Shown: positions 50,476-60,846 of the stretch, piece by piece
How the letters are laid out: every line of letters begins with the position of its first letter
Position numbering within the stretch: position 1 is the stretch's first letter
The notes under the pieces: generated by a model
What the model was told of the DNA's origin: nothing
What the model saw: the letters and a program-made list of their open reading frames with translations, nothing else
Databases searched by the model: none
DNA from: an uncultured Flavobacteriaceae bacterium
GTDB taxonomy: Bacteria; Bacteroidota; Bacteroidia; Flavobacteriales; Flavobacteriaceae
Direction: 5' to 3'
DNA length: 64,000 bases
Assembly (NCBI GenBank): GCA_964275995.1
Contig: CAXYEG010000027.1
Span: 4,560 to 68,559, forward strand
Program-made: the position numbers and the translations under genes

Positions 50476-50660
50476 ATGAAAGCTAAAGTTGTAGCTAAAG
50501 AAGAAGCTAAAGTTGAGGTAAAGAAGAACCTAAAGTTGAGAGCTAAAGAAGAAGCTAAAGTAGAGGCTAAGGTGAGGTTAAAGAAGAACCTAAAGTTGAG
50601 AGCTAAAGTTGAGGTTAAAGAAGAACCTAAAGTTGAAGCTAAGAGAACGAAGAATAATCA
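50476..50660 (+). repeat. imperfect tandem repeat encoding a Lys/Glu/Ala/Val-rich low-complexity peptide, in frame with rpsB
   Basis: 12/24-nt units (gctaaagaagaa, gctaaagttgag, cctaaagttgaa). There is an exact 30-nt duplication at 50519-50548 and 50579-50608. The ORF-track ORF 50476..50751 runs through it and into the tsf start. Confidence 0.7.
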
Positions 50661-50719
50661 GAAAATAAGTCTCAAGACAAATAATTTATATCACAACAAT
50701 CTTATAATTTTTTCAAATC

Positions 50720-51546
50720 ATGGCAAAAATAACAGCTGCAGAGGTAAATAACTTAAGAAAAACTACAGGTGCTGGAATGATGGACTGTAAAAAAGCATTA
50801 GTTGAGGCTGATGGTAACTCTGAAAAAGCAATTGAAATTCTTAGAAAAAAAGGGCAAAAAGTTGCCGCTAAAAGAGCTGACAGAGAATCTTCTGAAGGTG
50901 CTTCTATCACAAAAACAAACGATGACAACACTGTGGGAGTTGCTATAGTTCTTGGTTGTGAAACAGATTTTGTTGGAAAGAATGAAGACTTTGTGAAGCT
51001 TAGCTAATAAAATAGCAGAGATTGCACTTGATTGTAACTCTAAAGAAGAATTATTAAATGCTAAAGATTGGTGAATTAACAGTTGGTGAAAAATTAATTG
51101 AGCAAACGGGAGTTATTGGTGAAAAATTAGAAATAAATGCATTTGAAAAAGTAAATGCTCCTTTTGTTGGATCTTATATCCATGCTGGAAATAAAATTGC
51201 TTCAATCGTTGGTTTATCTGCCAATATTGAAGGTTCTAATATAGCAGCTAAAGATGTTTCTATGCAGGTTGCTGCCATGAACCCAATAGCTTTAGACGAA
51301 AATGGAGTTGATTCGGTAGTAATAGAAAAAGAAATTGAAATTGCTAAAGATCAGTTAAGAGCTGAAGGAAAGCCTGAGTCAATGCTAGATAACATTGCAA
51401 AAGGTAAGCTAAAGAGATTTTTTAAAGATAATACTCTTGTAAATCAAGACTTCATCAAAGATGGAAAACAAAGTGTTAAGAATTATGTTAGTTCTTACCA
51501 CCAAGATTTAAAAGTTGTTGAATTCAAAAGAGTATCTCTAGGCTAA
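50720..51546 (+). pseudogene. tsf: translation elongation factor Ts, frame interrupted twice
   Basis: The N-terminal fragment 50720..51007 carries TGAGMMDCKKAL and CETDFV. A middle piece is readable only in a third frame (ANKIAEIALDCNSKEELLNAK, about 51003-51065). The C-terminal fragment is 51058..51546 (GELTVGEKLIEQTGVIGEKLEI...). The shifts map to about 50997-51004 and 51058-51071. Confidence 0.9.
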
Positions 51547-51572
51547 CTTCCTTTTTATTTTTTTTTATTTAA

Positions 51573-52325
<753 letters not shown>

Positions 52326-52351
52326 ATTATTTTAGTTTAAAATCGAATAAG

Positions 52352-52909
52352 ATGGAAGAAGAATTAAAATTTATTTTTGAATCAGCGGAAGAATCAATGA
52401 CTAACGCTGTAAAACATTTAGAAAAAAAACTATTAAACATTAGGGCAGGGAAAGCTAATACTTCAATGCTTGGAAGTATTGTTGTGGAATATTATGGCTC
52501 ATTAACCCCATTAACTCAAGTTGCTAGTGTTAATACACCTGATGGAAGAACAATAGTTGTGCAACCTTGGGAAAAAAATTTATTAGCAGAAATTGAAAAA
52601 GCAATTATGAATGCTAATCTAGGATTTAACCCAATGAATAACGGGGAAAATATAATTATAAATGTACCAGCACTTACAGAGGAGAGAAGGATTGATTTGG
52701 CTAAACAAGCAAAGAGCGAGTCCGAAGAAGCTAAAATTGTTGTTAGAAATTGCAGAAAAGATGCTAATAATGAAATTAAAAAATCTGAAGGATTTTCTGA
52801 TGATCTAAAAGATAATGCAGAAAAAGATATTCAAGATTTGACTAATAAAAATATTGATAATATTAATTCAATATTTGAGGTCAAAGAAAAGGAGATTATG
52901 ACTTTATAA
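52352..52909 (+). CDS. frr: ribosome recycling factor
   Basis: 185 aa, with the conserved rpsB-tsf-pyrH-frr order. IRAGKANTSMLGSI.VEYYG motif. Confidence 0.95.
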   Translation: MEEELKFIFESAEESMTNAVKHLEKKLLNIRAGKANTSMLGSIVVEYYGSLTPLTQVASVNTPDGRTIVVQPWEKNLLAEIEKAIMNANLGFNPMNNGENIIINVPALTEERRIDLAKQAKSESEEAKIVVRNCRKDANNEIKKSEGFSDDLKDNAEKDIQDLTNKNIDNINSIFEVKEKEIMTL

Positions 52910-52976
52910 TATATTATTTACTACAAATAATATTATAGTAATTAATATCTTTACTAAATACACACAATAAAATTAT

Positions 52977-55391
52977 ATGGCTAGAGTATTTATGGTTGGA
53001 TTTTGGGATTCGGTTTCGAATTTAATTCTAAGAAATAGGATCTTAATAATCGCTTTATTAGTCTTGGCTACTTCATTTTTTATCAGTCAATGGCAGTATA
53101 TAAAGTTTTCAAATACTGAAGCTAATTTATTACCTGACAATCACGAAGTAAATCTAGAGTACTTAGATTTTACTGATAAATTTGGGGAAGAAGGTAATTT
53201 AATTGTCATAGGTGTTAAAGATTCTTTGCTCTTCACAACTGAAAATTTCAACGCATGGAATAATTTATCAAAAATTTTAAAAGACACTAACTACGTTGAG
53301 TCTGTTATTGCTATTGGTGACTTACAAAAGCTTAAAAAAGATAAAAAGAAACAACAGTTTTATCTTGAGCCTTTTATAAAAGATACTGTCACATCTGACC
53401 TTGAACTAATTTCAATAAAAAAAGAGCTATTTGAGAAATACCCGTTTTATGACGAGTTTTTATTTAATACTAAAACAAAATCTGTAAGATCAGCTATTCA
53501 TTTAAAGAAATCGATTGTAAATGAACCTGGAAGAGAAATATATATTAATAGCGTTTTAATCCCTAAAGTTGAAGCATTTGAAACTAAATATAATCTAGAT
53601 ATTAAAATATCTGGAATGCCGTATGTTAGAACAAAAAATGCAGAAAATATAAAAAGTGAAATTTCTACTTTTGTAATTTTAGCTCTAATAATTACCTCAA
53701 TAATATTTTTCTTATTTTTCAGATCCTACAGGGCAACATTGATTTCTTTATGTGTTGTTATGATTGGTGTGGTTTGGACTGTGGGGATTTTAGGACTTTT
53801 TATTATAAATACTCCTGCAGGTGACTTTGAAATATCAGTGCTTACAGGCCTAATACCTCCATTAATAATTGTAATTGGAATTCCTAATTGTATTTTTCTG
53901 ATAAACAAATATCAACATGAAGTAAACAAGCATGGAAATAAAGCGAAGTCTCTACAAAAAGTAATTACTAAAATTGGTAATGCTACTTTAATGACAAATG
54001 TCACTACAGCATCAGGTTTTGCAACTTTTATTATTACTAATAGCAAGCTACTAAAAGAGTTTGGTATTGTTGCATCACTAAGTATTTTAGCAATTTTCAT
54101 ATTATGTATATTAATAATTCCTATAATTTATAGCTTCTTACCTATCCCAGAAGAAAAGCATTTAGAACACTTAAATAGAACTTGGATAAACTCACTTGGT
54201 GATTGGATTGAAAAAACAGTAAAGAAAAGTAAAATCAATATTTATATAATTTCTATTTTACTTCTAGTTACAAGTATTATTGGAATATATCAAATTCGAA
54301 TTTCTGGAAGTATTATTGACGACATGCCACAAAAAGCAGATTGGTTTGATGATATAATGTTTTATGAAAAGGAATTTAATGGAATAATGCCCTTGGAGAT
54401 TTTAATAAATACCAAGCGTAAAAAAGGAGTAACAAAACTTTCTACGATAAAAAAAATGAGTAAAATAGAAGATGTAATTCTTGAAATACCAGAATTGTCA
54501 AAACCTATTTCCATGGTGAGTTTAGTAAAATACTCAAAACAAGCGTATTACAATGGGAATCCTAAATACTACCAAGTTCCAACTTCACAAGAAAATAGTT
54601 TTATCTTATCCTATGCTAAAAACTCTACGTCTGATTCTGACGTTGATCTAATTAAAAACTATGTTGATTCCACAGGCCAATATACAAGGATCACAACATT
54701 TATGAAAGATATGGAAATTGAAAAAATGGAGGAGATTGAAAAAAAATTAAATTATGAAATTTCTAAAATAATGCCGGCAGATAATTTTGAAGTTTCGATA
54801 ACTGGAAAGGCATATTTATTTCAAAAAGGAACTAAGTACTTAGTAAAGAATTTAATTCTCTCTCTATCTCTAGCAATATTCTTGATAGCATTATTAATGG
54901 CCTATATGTTTAGATCTTTAAAAATGATATTTATTTCATTAATTCCTAATTTACTGCCGCTTATAGTTACCGCTGGCTTGATGGGTTATTTAGGAGTTGC
55001 CATAAAGCCATCTACAATACTAATATTTAGTATTGCTTTTGGAATTGCAGTGGATGATACAATTCATTTTTTGGCGAAGTATAGACAAGAGTTAATTACA
55101 AACAACTGGGAAGTTAAAAAATCTGTTTATAACGCTCTTCGGGAAACTGGAGTTAGTATGTTTTATACTTCAATAGTATTGTTTTTCGGTTTTTCCGTTT
55201 TTACAGTTTCAAATTTTGGCGGTACCGTGGCTCTTGGAGCGTTAGTTTCTGCAACACTTCTATTTGCAATGTTATCCAACCTTTTACTACTACCTTCGAT
55301 GCTATTATCTCTAGAGGGTTCAATAGCTAATGAAAAAGTTTTAAAAGAACCATTGATAAAAATTATCGAAGATGAAGATGTCGTAAGTTAA
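52977..55391 (+). CDS. RND superfamily exporter (MMPL / COG1033-type, two sterol-sensing-like 6-TM bundles)
   Basis: 804 aa. Duplicated architecture of a periplasmic domain followed by a TM bundle, twice. Confidence 0.75.
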   Translation: MARVFMVGFWDSVSNLILRNRILIIALLVLATSFFISQWQYIKFSNTEANLLPDNHEVNLEYLDFTDKFGEEGNLIVIGVKDSLLFTTENFNAWNNLSKILKDTNYVESVIAIGDLQKLKKDKKKQQFYLEPFIKDTVTSDLELISIKKELFEKYPFYDEFLFNTKTKSVRSAIHLKKSIVNEPGREIYINSVLIPKVEAFETKYNLDIKISGMPYVRTKNAENIKSEISTFVILALIITSIIFFLFFRSYRATLISLCVVMIGVVWTVGILGLFIINTPAGDFEISVLTGLIPPLIIVIGIPNCIFLINKYQHEVNKHGNKAKSLQKVITKIGNATLMTNVTTASGFATFIITNSKLLKEFGIVASLSILAIFILCILIIPIIYSFLPIPEEKHLEHLNRTWINSLGDWIEKTVKKSKINIYIISILLLVTSIIGIYQIRISGSIIDDMPQKADWFDDIMFYEKEFNGIMPLEILINTKRKKGVTKLSTIKKMSKIEDVILEIPELSKPISMVSLVKYSKQAYYNGNPKYYQVPTSQENSFILSYAKNSTSDSDVDLIKNYVDSTGQYTRITTFMKDMEIEKMEEIEKKLNYEISKIMPADNFEVSITGKAYLFQKGTKYLVKNLILSLSLAIFLIALLMAYMFRSLKMIFISLIPNLLPLIVTAGLMGYLGVAIKPSTILIFSIAFGIAVDDTIHFLAKYRQELITNNWEVKKSVYNALRETGVSMFYTSIVLFFGFSVFTVSNFGGTVALGALVSATLLFAMLSNLLLLPSMLLSLEGSIANEKVLKEPLIKIIEDEDVVS

Positions 55392-55411
55392 ATATAATTT
55401 GTTTTAATACT

Positions 55412-55419
55412 TATCTTTG
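55412..55419 (+). promoter_or_regulatory. Bacteroidota -7 promoter box TATCTTTG
   Basis: Lies 20 nt upstream of the asnS ATG. Confidence 0.45.
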
Positions 55420-55439
55420 ATAATATAATTTATAGTTAA

Positions 55440-56873
55440 ATGAAAAATCATTCAATAAAAGATCTTTTACTTAGTACAACTATTAAATCTAAAGTAACCA
55501 TAAATGGTTGGGTTAGAACTTTTAGAGCCAATCGTTTTATCGCGTTAAATGATGGATCATCTATTTCTAATATACAATGTGTTATAGATTTTGAAAATTT
55601 TGAAGAAAATTTTTTAAAAAAAATAAATACTGGGGCAAGTTTAGAAATTACTGGAGATTTAGTTGAAAGTCAAGGAAGTGGTCAGAAATTTGAAATTATT
55701 GTTTCTGAGTTAAATATTTTGGGGGAATGTGATTCGGAAAAATTTCCTATTCAACCAAAAAAACATTCATTTGAGTTTTTGCGTGAAAATGCCCATTTAA
55801 GAACTAGGACTAGCACTTTTAGTGCAATTATGAGACTACGGTCAAGCTTATCATTTGCGGTGCATAATTATTTCAATTCTAATGGGTTTTACTATGTAAA
55901 TACTCCAATAATTACATCTAGTGATGCGGAAGGGGCAGGTGAGCAATTTAGAGTAACAACTCTAAATCCAAAGAATCCACCACTAAATGAAAATAACGAA
56001 GTTGATTTTACGAAAGATTTTTTTGGCAAAGAAACTAGCCTAACAGTTTCTGGACAGCTTGAGGCCGAAACTTATGCAATGTCACTAGGAAAAGTGTATA
56101 CATTTGGACCAACATTCAGAGCTGAAAATTCAAATACATCTAGACATTTATCTGAATTTTGGATGATTGAACCAGAAGTTGCATTCATGGATTTGAACGG
56201 GAATATGGATTTAGCAGAGAGTTTTTTAAAGTATCTACTAGGATATATTGTCAAAAACAATTTTAATGATTTAGAGTTTTTAGAGCAAAGGCTAATCAAA
56301 GAAGATAAATCAAAGCCACAAAATCTTAGAAGTGAGATGACACTTACTGATAGAATCAAGTTTGTTATAAATAATGATTTTAAAAGAATAAGTTATACTG
56401 AGGCATTTGAAATATTAAAAAATTGCAAACCAAATAAGAAGAAAAAGTTTAAATATTTAATAGAAAATTGGGGGGCAGACTTACAAAGTGAACACGAAAG
56501 ATATTTAGTTGAAAAGCATTTTAATTGCCCAGTGATTATATATGACTATCCGGCAAAAATAAAGGCTTTTTACATGAAATTAAATGAGGACAACAAAACT
56601 GTTAAAGCGATGGATATTCTTTTCCCAGGAATTGGAGAAATTGTTGGTGGTTCTCAAAGGGAAGAAAGATTAGATGTATTAAATAAGAAAATGAATGATT
56701 TAGGAGTAAACGCAGAAGAGTTGTGGTGGTATACAGACTTGAGAAAATTTGGCTCAGCTCAGCACTCAGGTTTTGGTCTTGGATTTGAAAGGTTAATTAT
56801 GTTCGCAACTGGAATGTCAAATATTAGAGATGTAATTCCTTTCCCGAGAACTCCACAAAATGCAGAGTTCTAA
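55440..56873 (+). CDS. asnS: asparagine--tRNA ligase
   Basis: 477 aa. OB-fold N-terminus (INGWVRTFR) and class II motifs (FRAENSNTSRHLSEFWMIEPE, GFGLGFERL). Confidence 0.95.
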   Translation: MKNHSIKDLLLSTTIKSKVTINGWVRTFRANRFIALNDGSSISNIQCVIDFENFEENFLKKINTGASLEITGDLVESQGSGQKFEIIVSELNILGECDSEKFPIQPKKHSFEFLRENAHLRTRTSTFSAIMRLRSSLSFAVHNYFNSNGFYYVNTPIITSSDAEGAGEQFRVTTLNPKNPPLNENNEVDFTKDFFGKETSLTVSGQLEAETYAMSLGKVYTFGPTFRAENSNTSRHLSEFWMIEPEVAFMDLNGNMDLAESFLKYLLGYIVKNNFNDLEFLEQRLIKEDKSKPQNLRSEMTLTDRIKFVINNDFKRISYTEAFEILKNCKPNKKKKFKYLIENWGADLQSEHERYLVEKHFNCPVIIYDYPAKIKAFYMKLNEDNKTVKAMDILFPGIGEIVGGSQREERLDVLNKKMNDLGVNAEELWWYTDLRKFGSAQHSGFGLGFERLIMFATGMSNIRDVIPFPRTPQNAEF

Positions 56874-56884
56874 AAATTTAACAA

Positions 56885-58300
56885 ATGCTTAAGCAGTCCT
56901 TAAAATTAAAGTTATCTCAAAAATTATCTCCTCAACAAATCCAATTGATGAAGTTAATTCAATTACCTGTATTAGATTTTGAACAAAAGCTGAAACAAGA
57001 AATTGAAGAAAACCCAGCATTAGAAATTACAGAGCTATCAACAAATGAAGATGAGTTTAATGATGATGACAATATCGATATCGAAGATTATATTAGTGAC
57101 GATGAAATTCCTGACTATAAACTAAATTCTTATAATTCTTCAAATAAGGAGGAAAATTCTATCCCTTATGCATCTGGATTATCATTCACACAGTTAATTT
57201 TAAATCAATTACACACAGAAAGATTAAATGATTTTGAAATGAAAATAGCTGAGTTTCTGGTTGGATGCATTGACGAAGATGGATATATTCGTCAAAATCT
57301 TGAAGATATAATTGATGATCTTGCTTTTACTCAAAATATAACTACTGAATACAAGACAGTTGATGCTATTTTAAAAATTATTCAAAACCTTGATCCTGCT
57401 GGTATTGGTGCCAGATCTCTTCAAGAGTGTTTAGCATTACAACTAAGAAGAAAAGATTTAAATGAAATAAGTATAAAATTAGCTTTAAATATAATAGAAC
57501 ATTCATTTGATTTATTTACTAAAAGACATTTTGAAAAGTTGCTAACTAAATACCAAATTTCAGAAAAAGAATTGAAAACAGGCATAAAAGAAATTGAAAG
57601 ATTAAATCCAAAGCCAGGGAACTCTTTATCTGTTAATAGCACAAAGCTAATTGAGCAGGTTATCCCAGATTTTAAGATAGAAATTGTAAATGATGAATTG
57701 CTGCTAAGCCTTAATGGGAGGAATAAACCTACAATGAATGTTTCCAGGGAATATACAGAAATGCTCAAGGGTTACAGCTTAGAAAAAAATAGAAAATCTC
57801 AAAAAGAAGCAGTACAGTTTATTAAACTAAAATTAGATTCTGCGAAATGGTTTATAGAAGCTATTGAGCAAAGAGAGCAAACATTAATGTTAACTATGAA
57901 GGCAATTATGACATATCAAGAAGCTTATTTCTTATCTGGAGATGAAAAAAAAATTAAGCCTATGATTTTGAAAAATATTGCAGATAAGATTGACATGGAT
58001 ATTTCTACAATTTCTAGAGTTGCAAATAGTAAATACGTTGACACCCCTTATGGGACAAAATTGATTAAAGAATTCTTTAGTGAATCAATGATAAATAACA
58101 AAGGAGAAGAAATATCCACTATAGAAATTAAGAAAAAACTAGAAAATATTATTCTAGAAGAAGACAAACGTAAACCTGAAACGGATGATTCATTAGTAAA
58201 ACTCTTGAACAAAGAAGGATATAAAATAGCCAGAAGAACGGTTTCTAAGTACAGAGAACAGTTAAATATTCCAGTGGCTAGATTGAGAAAGCAACTTTAA
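56885..58300 (+). CDS. rpoN: RNA polymerase sigma-54 factor
   Basis: 471 aa. N-terminal Gln/Leu-rich region, an acidic region, and the RpoN box ARRTVSKYRE. Confidence 0.93.
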   Translation: MLKQSLKLKLSQKLSPQQIQLMKLIQLPVLDFEQKLKQEIEENPALEITELSTNEDEFNDDDNIDIEDYISDDEIPDYKLNSYNSSNKEENSIPYASGLSFTQLILNQLHTERLNDFEMKIAEFLVGCIDEDGYIRQNLEDIIDDLAFTQNITTEYKTVDAILKIIQNLDPAGIGARSLQECLALQLRRKDLNEISIKLALNIIEHSFDLFTKRHFEKLLTKYQISEKELKTGIKEIERLNPKPGNSLSVNSTKLIEQVIPDFKIEIVNDELLLSLNGRNKPTMNVSREYTEMLKGYSLEKNRKSQKEAVQFIKLKLDSAKWFIEAIEQREQTLMLTMKAIMTYQEAYFLSGDEKKIKPMILKNIADKIDMDISTISRVANSKYVDTPYGTKLIKEFFSESMINNKGEEISTIEIKKKLENIILEEDKRKPETDDSLVKLLNKEGYKIARRTVSKYREQLNIPVARLRKQL

Positions 58301-58779
58301 TTTTTATTTAAAGAAACATCTCCAATTCGGGTTGTATAGTTAATTTTTAAAGCATTAACTTTACGTAGCTCTTGTTTAACATCTCCTACTATACCCATAG
58401 AAGCATCCTTATCAACTTTTAAAGCCGTTGTAAGGAAAGGTCTTAATTCTTCTCTTTTAGATTCTCTTTCGGAATATATAAAAGCTGGGACATCAGATAC
58501 TTCTGCAAACTTATCGTTAAGTTGTATTCTAGCTTCTTCACCAAATTGATCTTTAAAACCATCATTAGGCTTTCCTAAATATATATACATAACTAAGTCT
58601 TTCTTATCTAGTTTTTCAACTTGATCAGCAGCAGGAAGTTCGTTTTTAATTTTCAATTCATTATCTCTCATAACAGTAGCAACCATAAAAAAGAATAATA
58701 GCATAAAAACTATATCAGGAAGAGAAGCAGTATTTACCGCCGGAAGTTCACCTTTTTTTTTCTTATTGAATTTGGACAT
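58297..58779 (-). CDS. exbD: biopolymer transporter ExbD/TolR family
   Basis: 160 aa. LPDIVFMLLFFFMV anchor motif. Its stop overlaps the rpoN stop (convergent genes, 4 nt). Confidence 0.85.
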   Translation of the reverse strand: MSKFNKKKKGELPAVNTASLPDIVFMLLFFFMVATVMRDNELKIKNELPAADQVEKLDKKDLVMYIYLGKPNDGFKDQFGEEARIQLNDKFAEVSDVPAFIYSERESKREELRPFLTTALKVDKDASMGIVGDVKQELRKVNALKINYTTRIGDVSLNKN

Positions 58780-58787
58780 AATATGTG

Positions 58788-59384
58788 TTATTGAACCTCA
58801 GACAATTTTTGAGGATATTCTAGTTTAATTTGAGTTATGTTTTCTTTTAATTTTGATTTGCTACCAGGCCAATTAACATCTTTATAATTTTTCAGCATCT
58901 CAGTGTAAGATAACCCAAATAATTCTTCAGCTCTTTGATTTCTTAAAGAGGTATATGCGGCAACTAGTTCGTTTTGAACTGAAATATATGTAGCATAGGT
59001 AGTTTCTCTTTCATTTTTTAATGAAATAATTGCTTTGTCAGGATTATCCGATGACTTTGGATCTCCGGCACCTTTGCAATAATCACATTTATCTTCACCA
59101 GAACCACCTCCATTATCTAAGAACTTAATAGCGGCATCTCTCAACTCTTCTAATTCCATTACCTCATCTTCAACTAAAAGCTGATCCTTACCATTTAATA
59201 TAACAGTAAAAATATTTTTTTGTTTGATGATTACATCTTCTTCTGATTCTTCAATTGGTGGAAGTTTCCTACTTATACCAGAATCAGTTTCAATAGTGGT
59301 TGTAACCAGGAAAAAGATTAGTAATAAAAATGCAATATCAGCCATTGATCCTGCATTAACTTCAGGGGATGATCTTTTAGCCAT
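58788..59384 (-). CDS. exbD: biopolymer transporter ExbD/TolR family (long form)
   Basis: 198 aa. MADIAFLLLIFFLVTT anchor. Extended periplasmic domain containing CDYCKG. Confidence 0.8.
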   Translation of the reverse strand: MAKRSSPEVNAGSMADIAFLLLIFFLVTTTIETDSGISRKLPPIEESEEDVIIKQKNIFTVILNGKDQLLVEDEVMELEELRDAAIKFLDNGGGSGEDKCDYCKGAGDPKSSDNPDKAIISLKNERETTYATYISVQNELVAAYTSLRNQRAEELFGLSYTEMLKNYKDVNWPGSKSKLKENITQIKLEYPQKLSEVQ

Positions 59385-59387
59385 AGT

Positions 59388-59801
59388 TTATTTTTTCATG
59401 TTTTTTACTCCAAAAAACATCATTATACATGTTGCAGCTAATATTAGTGCATAAAACATGAATAACCCTGCGCTGACTAGTTTTGATCCTGCAGCAGATA
59501 GCATATTGCCATCTCTTAATGGAGTTTCTTCACCAGAAGACAAAACAAAATAGCAAACAAGTGCTGTCAGTAAGAATATTCCTGATGTCTTTAAAGTACT
59601 TTTAAGTAATGTTTTATCGGATGCAATATTTTTAACTGTGAAGTATAATACAAATCCAATAATAACTACTAAAACAGTGTAAGCGACATAAAGCAAGCTA
59701 GAAATTTGACTTATATAATCTAACATTATTAATGCTACAAATAACATCCCTAATAGAGATAGGGTTATCGCAAGTATCTTAATTCCTTTATATAAATCCA
59801 T
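59388..59801 (-). CDS. hypothetical 4-TM membrane protein inside the exbB-exbD cluster
   Basis: 137 aa, four hydrophobic segments, tightly spaced (3 nt gaps on both sides). Confidence 0.5.
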   Translation of the reverse strand: MDLYKGIKILAITLSLLGMLFVALIMLDYISQISSLLYVAYTVLVVIIGFVLYFTVKNIASDKTLLKSTLKTSGIFLLTALVCYFVLSSGEETPLRDGNMLSAAGSKLVSAGLFMFYALILAATCIMMFFGVKNMKK

Positions 59802-59803
59802 AA

Positions 59804-60619
59804 TTATTTTTTATTGTTAACTAATAAATCCATTAGAGATATAGAAGCATTTTCCATATCATTTACAATGCTATCAATTTTTGATATAATGTAATTATAA
59901 AATATTTGTAAAATAATTGCTACAATAAGACCAAATACAGTTGTAAGTAAGGCAACTTTAATACCTCCAGCTACTAAAGATGGTTGCATATCTCCTGCTG
60001 CTTCAATCTTGTCAAAAGCTTGAATCATTCCTATTACTGTTCCCATGAAACCAAGCATTGGTGCTAATGCAATAAATAAAGATATCCATGATACGTTTTT
60101 TTCAAGTTGACCCATTTGAACACCACCATAAGCTACAACAGCTTTTTCAGCAGACTCTAAATCTTCATTAGCTCTATCTAATCCCTGATAAAAAATTGAT
60201 GCTACTGGACCAGGAGTATTTCTACAAACTTCTTTTGCAGCATCTAATCCTCCAGATTTAAGTGCATCTTCTACATCACTTGTTAGCTTGTCAGAGTTAG
60301 ATGTGGCTAAGTTTAAATATATAATTCTTTCAATTGCTATAGCTAATCCTAGTATTAAACATAAAAGAACAATTCCCATAAATCCAGGACCTCCTTCAAT
60401 AAATCTCTTTTTAAGTTCTTGATGAAAGTTAGTACTTTCAACTTCCTCTATAACTGGTGTTTCTTCAACAGTTTCCATAACTGGAGTTACTTCAGTTATA
60501 CTTGAATCAACAACAGTTTCTGTAACTTCTTGTAATTCATCTTGTAGTATACTAGTTTTTGCATTTAAGCTAGTTATCAAAAAAATTGATAATACTGTAA
60601 GGATAGATAATCTTTTCAT
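59804..60619 (-). CDS. exbB: MotA/TolQ/ExbB proton channel family protein
   Basis: 271 aa. Signal peptide, an acidic Glu/Thr/Val-rich segment, then the conserved channel core (APMLGFMGTVIGMI). Confidence 0.85.
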   Translation of the reverse strand: MKRLSILTVLSIFLITSLNAKTSILQDELQEVTETVVDSSITEVTPVMETVEETPVIEEVESTNFHQELKKRFIEGGPGFMGIVLLCLILGLAIAIERIIYLNLATSNSDKLTSDVEDALKSGGLDAAKEVCRNTPGPVASIFYQGLDRANEDLESAEKAVVAYGGVQMGQLEKNVSWISLFIALAPMLGFMGTVIGMIQAFDKIEAAGDMQPSLVAGGIKVALLTTVFGLIVAIILQIFYNYIISKIDSIVNDMENASISLMDLLVNNKK

Positions 60620-60691
60620 TTTAATTTCTTTTAATTTATTTTGGGTTTAAAGATATAAAAAAAATGCAATTTTAAATAATAAATATTTATG

Positions 60692-60779
60692 CAGAGAGGA
60701 AGGGATTCGAACCCTCGATACACTTTTGGTGTATACACACTTTCCAGGCGTGCGCCTTCGACCACTCGGCCACCTCTCT
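60692..60779 (-). tRNA. tRNA-Ser (anticodon GGA)
   Basis: Hand-folded 88-nt tRNA: AGAGAGG TG GCCGAGTGGTCGAAGGC G CACGC CTGGAAA GTGTG, a long variable arm TATACACCAAAAGTGTATC, then GAGGG TTCGAAT CCCTT CCTCTCT G. Confidence 0.9.
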
Positions 60780-60846
60780 AAATCAAATTACATTGTAGCA
60801 AATAAACTGAAAAAAAAACTAATCTTAAAATAAATACTAGTTTATT

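Noticed and set aside
50476-50660. Possible CRISPR-like or minisatellite array between rpsB and tsf
   Set aside because: The units are short (12-24 nt), imperfect and contiguous without unique spacers. They encode a Lys/Glu-rich low-complexity peptide in frame with rpsB, and there are no cas genes.
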